Positions 55,270-64,000 of a stretch of DNA of 64,000 nucleotides are shown one piece after another. A program made the translations under genes and the position numbers. The notes under the pieces were generated by a model. That model did no database searches. It was not told the DNA's origin and saw nothing but the letters and a program-made list of their open reading frames with translations. Source of the DNA: Octopus vulgaris (Eukaryota); the NCBI GenBank assembly GCA_951406725.2, contig OX597822.1:101246001-101310000 (forward strand), in the 5' to 3' direction. The stretch's first letter is position 1; each line of letters begins with the position of its first letter.

Positions 55270-55690
55270 TATCTTTTATCTTTTATTTGTTTCAGTCATT
55301 GCATTGCGGCCATGGCGGGGCATCACCTCGAGGAATTTTAGTGGAATCAATCGACCTCAGTGATTTTCTGCATGATGTTTTAAGCTTGGTATTTATTCTA
55401 TCGGCACATTTGCTGAACTGCTAAGTTACGGGGGGGGGGGCGCAAACACACTAAGACCGGTTGTCAAGCGGTGGTGGGAGATAGATAAAAAGACACCCCC
55501 ACCATATGTGTATATATATATATGTAAATATATATCTATCTATCTATCACTCTCTCTCTCTATATATATATACATGTACATACATACATGCATATATATA
55601 TACGACAAAATTCTTTCACTTTCTCGCTTCCAAATGCACTCATAAGGCCTTAGTCTGCCCGAGCCCATAGTAGAAGACACTTGTTCAAGG
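55270..55690 (-). mobile_element. Diverged SINE family C
   Basis: GTTTCAGTCATT..GCGGCCATG tail and TAGTAGAAGACACTTG body. Confidence 0.75.
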
Positions 55691-56198
55691 TTGTCAGTTA
55701 TTGAAATGTTCCTTCCAAGTGGAAGAGGATAGCAAAGAAAGAAAAACAAAATTGATAATTATTAGTTGTAGACTCTCTCTTATGAAAGTGGAAATAATTT
55801 GAAAATGTCAGCTCTCAATTTTTCAGACACAACGGAAGAAAGTAGGAATATTCTTTTCCTTATTCTTTTGTTTTTTGATACCTATGTAACTATACATTCT
55901 CTGATATGCAGGCTTTCGTAGAATGTTCTCTGCTGAAGATAGTTGTTATTGAAATTAGACTCCATTAATCTAGCTGCAAAAATCCGGAACCAAAATTTCC
56001 CTCGAACCCGCAGACCATAACCCCATACCCTATACAGTGAAAAATGAGTTCCATGCACACAATGATTGAAAACAAGTCGAATTGATCATGACTGGAATCT
56101 CATTGGTCATGTGTTCACACGAATCAGGCTTGTCTGCTACTGAATAAGTACAACCCATATATACATATACATACATACATATATATATATAAGATATA

Positions 56199-56245
<47 letters not shown>

Positions 56246-56289
56246 GTGTGTGTGTGTGTCTGTATGTATATATGGTTCCATTCTATATA

Positions 56290-57843
56290 TTGGGTTGGCG
56301 ACTAAGCTCCTGCCGTTTTTTAAATTTAAATATTTTAAAAGGTTTAATAAAAACAACTAATTAATCACCTTTGCTGTTTACAACTTCTTGGCAACGTTCA
56401 CCAAGATTTAAAAAACCTCGTTGGTAGAAATCATCCGATTTCGACTCGAAAAACTGATCCCACCAAGCTCTCAATTGTGCATTAGTATTGAACAAAACTC
56501 TGCGCATAGCATTTGAAAGGGATCGAAAGAGGTGGAAATCCGTTGGTGCCAAATCAGGAGAGTATGGCGGGTGTGGCAGCACTTACCAGATATGTGTTTG
56601 AATGGCTTCATTGATCATATTGGCAATATGATGGCGGGCGTTGTCGTGCACCAGAAGAACTCCATGTTGCCGATTAGGTCTTTTCTCTTGAATAGCCGTG
56701 TTGAGTCGTTCCATCTGTTGAACATAGAGTTCCGTGTTGACCGTTTGTTTGCTCCTTCTCGAGCCATGCCTGGCTCAATAGGGCCGGTTTCCTTGACGTA
56801 TAGGTTCCCCACCTGGACGGGACGCCGGTCCGTCGCAGTTGACCTGCAAGATGCAGGAAGAAAGAGTGAGAGATAGTTGTGGCGAAAGAGTCAGCAGAAT
56901 TTCGCCATTACTTTCTGCCGGAGCCGCGTGGAGCTTAGGTGTTTCGCTCATAAACACACACATCACCCGATCTGAGATTCGAACACACGATAGCTCGACC
57001 GCTAGTCCGCTGCTGTAACCTCTAGGCCCTGTGCCTCTACACTGTTGACCGTTTGGTTTCGTTCAAGCAATTCGTAAAGGATAATCCCTTCCCAGTCCCA
57101 CCATACGCATAACATCGTTTTACGCGGATGATCTTGTTTCACGCGCGATGTCGCCTGTTTACGGGGCTAAGCCATTCCTTACGCTGATTCATATTGATGT
57201 ACAAGCACCAGTTTTCGTCGCCAGTAACGATTCGGTAAAGAAATCGTTGCTTGTGTTCATGAGCAAGCAAACCAGCGGAGATTCTAGCTTGTTGATTTTT
57301 GTTGATGTCACTTAAAGCATGCGGAACCTATACTCCATACTTTTAAACTTTTCCCATCGAGTGAAGATGCTTGTTTATAGCAGTTTGGGGGCATTCCATT
57401 TTCGCTGCCAGTTCCCTTGTCGTTTGACGAGAATTTGCGTGCAAAAGTTGTTTTAATCACTTTTCATCGAACTCAACTGGACGGACAGAACGAGGTCCAT
57501 CTTGGAGTTCAAAATTTCCATTTTTGAACTTGGCATACCAATCACGAGCGGTTCTTTCACCTTTGGCATCCTCTCCATACACGGCACATGTATAGAACTT
57601 TGATTGAAAGCAAAAAGAAGGTGTCGAAAATGCTCGTTTTTCTTAACTTGACATTCCATTTTAATGATCTAAAAATAAACAAAAATTAAGTAAAATTTAA
57701 CTAAAAGACAAAAACAAAATAGATTCCAAAATGATTCAAAAATAGAATTCTCGAAAAAAAAAAAAAAAAACAGATCCCCAAATTTAAAAGCGCAATAAAC
57801 TCCAGAATTAAAAAAAACGGCGGGAACTTAGTTGCCAACCCAA
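56290..57843 (-). mobile_element. mariner (DD34D) element with both TIRs and a decayed transposase
   Basis: TA-flanked TIRs TTGGGTTGGCRACTAAG; MECQVKKNEHFRH start at 57659; HPPYSPDLAPTDFHLF at the C-terminus. Confidence 0.93.
56748..57042 (-). mobile_element. SINE with family-A-like head and a third tail type, nested in mariner
   Basis: TSD TGTTGACCGTTTG at 56735/57043; B box GTTCGAATC. Confidence 0.85.
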
Positions 57844-57919
57844 TATATTCTTGTGATTTAAGGAAACCAGTCATGAAACTACAGGAAAACATCTCAGCTA
57901 ACTAAATAAGCATGATAGA

Positions 57920-58046
57920 GCTTTGAATAATGACGACGACGATGATAGGTGTAACAATAATAATAATAACAATGATGATGCTGAAGATGACAATAATAAT
58001 AATAAAAATAATAATAATTATAATAATAATAATTATAATAATAATA
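57920..58046. repeat. (TAA)n-rich trinucleotide tract
   Basis: Direct reading. Confidence 0.9.
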
Positions 58047-59358
58047 AGAAGAAGAAAAGAGGGAGGCCGTGGTCTTTTGCAACTGGCAATAACAATGAAG
58101 ATTGCTACAATTGGCCTAGACACCTACCTGAAAAACTCTGAGGACTGGATGTTAAAACTTGTCTCAAAACACGAACACAAGAAAGCATCATACTCAGTCA
58201 CAAAACAGGCAAAGGAATATCTAAGTGAATTCCGAATACAACCAATTTCGGAATTAGAGATAGATATACAAGAAACAAGCACAGAAAAATCTAGGCGCAT
58301 GAAAACCCGTGTCAAAACTGCGGCCTTAGATATTCTGAATAATAAATGGCAAGAAAAACCTCTCTATGGCAAATACCCAAAGAGAGCGAATAATGCAGAT
58401 ATCGACAAAGCCCTGACCCATCAATGGCTAATGGCCTCTGGCTTAAAATCTGAAACAGAAGGGGTTTATCATAGCAGCTCAAGATCAATGCCTACCAACA
58501 AGAAACTACCAGGCCAACATATTAAAGAACGGCAGTAGCCCAACATGTCGTGTATGCCGACAACAAAATGAAACCATTGACCATGTTGTCTCCAAATGCA
58601 GTCTTCTAGCGCCTACAGAGTACCTCAGTAGGCATGATAGAGCTGCACAATATATTCACTGGGTAATTTGCAAAAACCTGGATTTGCCCCATGAAAAAAA
58701 ACTGGTGGGAACACAATCCACGTCCTGTGCTTGAAAATGACCACATCTCACTCCTCTGGAACTTCACCATTCAAACTGACAGGAAGATAGATGCAAATAG
58801 GCCAGACATTATATTGAAAGACTTCAGACAAAGAACATGCCTCCTCATTGATATGACTGTCCCAATCGATATAAACGTATCTGTCAAGACCTACCAAAAA
58901 CTGGGCAAATATAAAGATCTTGAAATAGAAATCAGCAAAATGTGGAAGCTGAAGACTAAAACAATACCTGTTGTCATAGGTGCCCTGGGAATGATAGCGA
59001 AAGGGACTGATTGCTACCTAACTCAGATACCAGGAAACCCCAAAATGGCAGAAATTCAAAAGATAGTGCTCATGGGAACTGCTCATATCCTACGCAAAAT
59101 ACTCTCTATGTAATCCCAAGGTTTAAAACAAACTTTTTTTTATTTATTTTTATTTATTTTTTGTTATTATTTTTTATATATTTATTTTTTATTTTTATGT
59201 ATTAGACATTCACTAGTACAACACAAAAAAAACAAAAAACAAAAAACAAATATATGGCACAGAACTTCCAACCTGTTGTCTCTTGAGGTCTCTGGGTGAG
59301 ACTTGGAGCCTACTTGTACAGACATAAAGCAAAAGTCAAACATAGAATAATAATAATA
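58047..59358 (+). mobile_element. 5'-truncated R4/Dong-like LINE, second subfamily, in (TAA)n
   Basis: RKEGGRGL, GLKSETEG, CRVC..HVVSKC, RHD, ANRPDII..LIDMTVP..KYKDL; ends in (TAA)n at about 59347. Confidence 0.92.
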
Positions 59359-59399
59359 GAGTTCCCACTTGAAACTGCCCTGCGAACATTCTTAAAAGG

Positions 59400-59945
59400 G
59401 TAATGATCCTGTCTGCTGCTTTAATGGTGCAAGCAGAGAAACAATTAACCACTTTGTCTCTGGATGTTCTATTTTAGCCTCAAATGAATATATTGCCATA
59501 TTAAACTTTGCCAGTATTTGCTCTGCATCATAAGTAGTCAGTCTGGATTCTCATATGAACTGCTGGGAACATAATCCTGCGGAAGTGATAGAAATTAAGG
59601 ATATCAGCCCTCTTTCAAATTTCAGTAATCAAACTGACAGTGCCTTTCAGGAAAAGGGACCAGATATTGTAGTAAAACTTACGTTCATAAAAAATGTCTG
59701 CTCATAGATATATAGATCGCAGCAAACTGCAGCACTTCTGTGAAAGCATTTGAAAAGTTAAGGTCTCAAAAATGCAGTATCTTAGAACGCCTGCATCAGT
59801 GATAATCATAGCTTTTGTTTGGGGGGGGGGGGAGGGTATTAAGTAACGTATTATGGACAAATACCAGGAAACTCCAAATTATATGAACTACCAAGAATTG
59901 TCTCCGTGGGTCCTACCCACCTCCTAGGAAAAAACATTGTTAACT
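59400..59945 (+). mobile_element. Older degenerate R4-like fragment
   Basis: ETINHFVSGCSILA and GPDIVV remnants. Confidence 0.55.
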
Positions 59946-60150
59946 TGGAAATACCTGATTCTCTTAAAAAAAAACTCTTCGAAAAGTGAAATATTACAAA
60001 TTAAATGGTAACTTAGTTCCCTGATACCAGTTCCCTTCCTTTATCATTGCTTATCATAAATAACACCAATAATAAAAGTCTGAGTTGCTGTTAAGGAGTT
60101 GTCTGGGTGAAACTTGGAACAGCTTGTATAAAACAAAGCAACTATAACGT

Positions 60151-60152
<2 letters not shown>

Positions 60153-60201
<49 letters not shown>

Positions 60202-60231
60202 CCACCACCATCATCAACAACAACAACAACA
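60153..60231. repeat. (CAT)n/(CAA)n microsatellite
   Basis: Direct reading. Confidence 0.95.
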
Positions 60232-60573
60232 TGTTAACGAAGAGCCCCTCTACGTGGTCACTGGATCCTTAAGGAATCACCAAACCTCTCTAAAAGAGAA
60301 CTCTTCTCTCTTAAGTGCAAGAACATTCGAAAACATCGTCGTTCGTACATTTCAAGTGTAAATTGGAGAGCTTGGGATATTATTTGCTCGTATGTCTGAT
60401 CGATCGGATTTGCCCTTGGACAACAGCAAAAGCAGTTCAGGTCATCGTCGAAGGTCCTTCAATCATTCTTTCTATAATTATTGTAATCAGCTATGACAAA
60501 ACTTATTTCTTTTATTTTTCGTTTTTGAATTTGGTTTGCAAGATTCTTTATATGAGTTCGTGTGTTGAAGCAT

Positions 60574-60784
60574 ATTCTATTGTGTCTGGGGAGAGTCATT
60601 TACTTTTTGTGTCATATTATGTAACACACTCACCGGTAAAATTTCCACTTTTTTTCTTATTTTTATTTTCCTAAAATTTTCGTTGCGTCTTGCAACCTTT
60701 TCAATACTTTTGGAAATTTTACCGGTGAGTGTGTTACATAATAAGGCACAAAAAGAAAATGACTCTCCCCAGACACAATAGAAT
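60574..60784. repeat. 74-bp inverted repeat around a degenerate HHR-like spacer; related to the 36.4-kb element
   Basis: 60574-60647 vs 60711-60784; upstream TGCAAGATT..TCGTGTGTTGAA shared with 36358-36390. Confidence 0.8.
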
Positions 60785-60862
60785 TGCTTTTATTGTTTTT
60801 CATTTAATTTGAAGTATAAACTTGGTTAGCTCTAACTGACCCCCACCAAGAATTTTGAAACT

Positions 60863-61239
60863 GGATGGAAGCACTCCGTCGGTTACGACGATGAGGGTTC
60901 CGGTTGATCCGAATCAACGGAACAGACTGCTCGTGAAATTAACGTGTAAGTGGCTGAGCACTCCACAGACACGTGTACACTTAACGTAGTTCTCGGGGAT
61001 ATTCAGCGTGACACAGAGAGTGACAAGGCCGGCCCTTTGAAATACAGGTACAACAGAAACAGGAAGTAAGAGTGAGAGAAAGTTGTGGTGAAAGAGTACA
61101 GCAGGGATCACCACCATCCCCTGCCAGAGCCTCGTGGAGCCTTTTTAGGTGTTTTCGCTCAATAAACACTCACAATGCCCGGTCTGGGAATCGAAACCGC
61201 GAGTCCGCTGCCCTAACCACTGGGCCATTGCGCCGCCAC
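60863..61239 (-). mobile_element. SINE family A
   Basis: TSD AATTTTGAAACT at 60851/61240. Confidence 0.92.
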
Positions 61240-61829
61240 AATTTTGAAACTATTTGATCGATGAAATGCTCCATCATAGTTACTAGTCACTGTTATATGA
61301 TCGTCACAGTGTAGCACGTCTTCAGACTATATCAATGCTAAGCTGAAACTTAACGTTTAACGTTCTGCTAAATTGATCAGGTTGAGTAACAGCTCAGAAG
61401 TTCCTTTATTAATTCGTCTACAATTTCCTCTACAATTTCATGGAATGAAATATTAGTGAAAAGAATTCCTGTCCAGGTCAAGAACCTAAGTTGTACTCAT
61501 ATGATGCTGTCATTGAAAGACACATAAGTGTACAACACGAGCTTGAAAATCTACGTACCTCATGTGTAAGATAAGAACAATTATATAACGAATGGAATAC
61601 ATTGCAACGTATTGTTAATATAAATAAATGCCCAGTCAGAAAAAAAAATTATGTAAACGTAGTGAAAGGTGAATGTATTTCATTCTGAATTTTGGAATTC
61701 TCTGTTCATGAAATGCTCTCCCTCTCTCTCTCTCTCTCCCCCCCTCTCTCTCTCTCCCCCCTCTCTCTCTCTCAATCTCTCTCTCAATCTCTTCCATTCT
61801 GTGCAGGTGTTATCTTGTTACTGAGAACA

Positions 61830-62122
<293 letters not shown>

Positions 62123-63160
62123 TGGCCCGAAACCGTCGAGAAGCTTAACGAATTTCACACTCTTATAAATGGGCTCAACACAAACATTATTTTCACAATG
62201 GAATACAGCCCTCAACAAATTCCCTTCCTCGACATCCTCATTAAAATTCACAACAAAAAAATAGAAACAGACATATACTACAAGCCCACAGACTCCAAGC
62301 AATACCTCCCTTTCAATTCATGCCACCCTAGACACGTTAAAATTAACATTCCCTACAACTTAGCCAAGAGAATTTGCACTATAGTCTCCAATAAAAACAC
62401 CCGTCTCTTACGTCTACAAGAACTCAAGGGCACATTAACAAGCAGGGATTACCCCACGTCACTAATTGACAATGGGATCCAACGCGCCCTAAAACTCAGC
62501 ACGCAGGAACTTAGACGCCCTAAACCTGTTACATCGAAACCCCATACTCTACCATACATCTCTACACACAACCCCCTCAACAATGAAGCTTTTGACACCA
62601 TCCTCCAGAACATTCCTGTATTACAAAAGGACCATAGAATGAACCAAATCCTCCTAACACACGAAATCATAAAGAGCAAAAGGCAACCCAAATCATTGAA
62701 AACCATCCTAACAAATGCCAAAGTACAGCCAACCACAACAACTAAACCCACAGTAAACAAATGCAATAGACCCAACTGTGGTATATGCATCAACCTAATA
62801 GAAGGTCCGGAATTCCTTTTTAAACAAGGACAACGTTTCACAGTAAAACACAACTTCACATGCGCATCAGAAAACCTAGTATATGTCTTAACTTGCTCGG
62901 GATGTAATGAACACTACATAGGCCAAACAAAAAATAGCCTCCGCCAACGCATGACTGTCCACAGATCCCAAATAAAAATACAGGAATATAGAAAAATAGC
63001 ATTTAGTGCACATATTGATACCTGTGCCGCACAACTCCATCCCAATTTTAGAATCTTTCCCCTCTACAAATTTAAAGACAATGCCACTCATACCCAGCGA
63101 ATAACCATGGAATCCCACCTTATTAATAAATACAGACCACTTCTAAACACATGCCCCTAA
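62123..63160 (+). pseudogene. 5'-truncated Penelope-like (Neptune-type) RT C-terminus, Cys linker and GIY-YIG endonuclease, open frame
   Basis: [50 protein letters not shown]; no stop over about 345 codons. The ORF-track N-terminus is microsatellite. Confidence 0.92.
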
Positions 63161-63639
63161 CACGAACCCACAACAAACACACTTACACCTGCACACACCC
63201 TACACACACCTTTACCCAGATATTAACACCATGACACACACAAATATATGGTTCCACACATACACATAATTGAATACGGGTGCAAAACATCCAACACTAT
63301 TTTTTGGAAATGGCTGTAAATATTGACTTCACACAAATACGTTGCTTCCCGATACAGGCACAAGGCCAGCAGAACTATAAATATTGAAAATTGTACCCAC
63401 ACACACACACATATATACACGCGCGCGCGCCCCAACATACATATAAACACACACACGCGCGCGCGCGCACACACATACATACATACAGCTCTCCCTGTTC
63501 TAAACGAACTTACTTATCCAGTCAAGCGGAAAATACACTCCCTAACTACGCGCTAAAAAGCTATTTAAAATATCCACATGACGTCTACTGACCAGCCTGA
63601 ACAATAAGAATTTTCAACAACACTATTTTCGAAAATTCT

Positions 63640-63835
63640 AAACATTCACGTGACCTCTTTATTATGGCCAATAAGAAATTTTAGGCGGGACACTAGCCAA
63701 ATTTTAACTTCTCTGGAGCCTTTTTTCTTACCCCAACACCAACTTCCATTCAAACATTCACGTGACCCCTTCATAATGACCAATCAAAATTTTAGGCGCG
63801 AAACCAAGCAAATCCAAAACAACTCTGGAGCCTCT
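63640..63835 (+). promoter_or_regulatory. Duplicated 112-bp module with E-box, CCAAT and E2F-like sites in the PLE 3' region
   Basis: TCACGTGA..CCAAT..GGCGGGA and TCACGTGA..CCAAT..GGCGCGAAA at identical spacing; function inferred. Confidence 0.5.
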
Positions 63836-64000
63836 TTTTTTCACATATAAGAGACAGACTCTAATCTCTCTTTTATATTTTGATAAGCATAACAAATGCG
63901 CAACCGGTAAAAAAGAACTTTCACCTAATTAAATTACTTAAATTACTTCAATTATTTGTCAGCATTTTCTTCATTTCCTTTTTTATATATATGTATATAT

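Noticed and set aside
60107-60361. Poly-His/Gln ORF
   Set aside because: Translation of a (CAT)n(CAA)n microsatellite

Overview
This is AT-rich, microsatellite-dense eukaryotic DNA. The repeat landscape resembles an octopus/cephalopod genome (inference). I can support no host protein-coding exon. Most of the window is mobile DNA: four tRNA-headed SINE families, non-autonomous Helitrons, Tc1/mariner relics and MITEs, and fragments of Tx1, R4/Dong, CR1-group, RTE and Penelope-like (PLE) retroelements. Two things stand out. (1) About ten hammerhead-ribozyme (HHR) motifs occur in short non-coding elements, mostly beside or inside (TA)n tracts. One is a 493-nt tandem unit (48.9-49.8 kb) whose diverged relative at 13.2 kb shows compensatory base changes in several helices, so it is a candidate PLE-dependent retrozyme/circular-RNA family. 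(2) A 1.65-kb ORF1-only 'half-LINE' (31806-33457), bounded by a target-site duplication (TSD), shares its 3' tail with both a (TATC)n-embedded Tx1 LINE and an abundant SINE. All family assignments come from motif recognition by eye; no searches were run.
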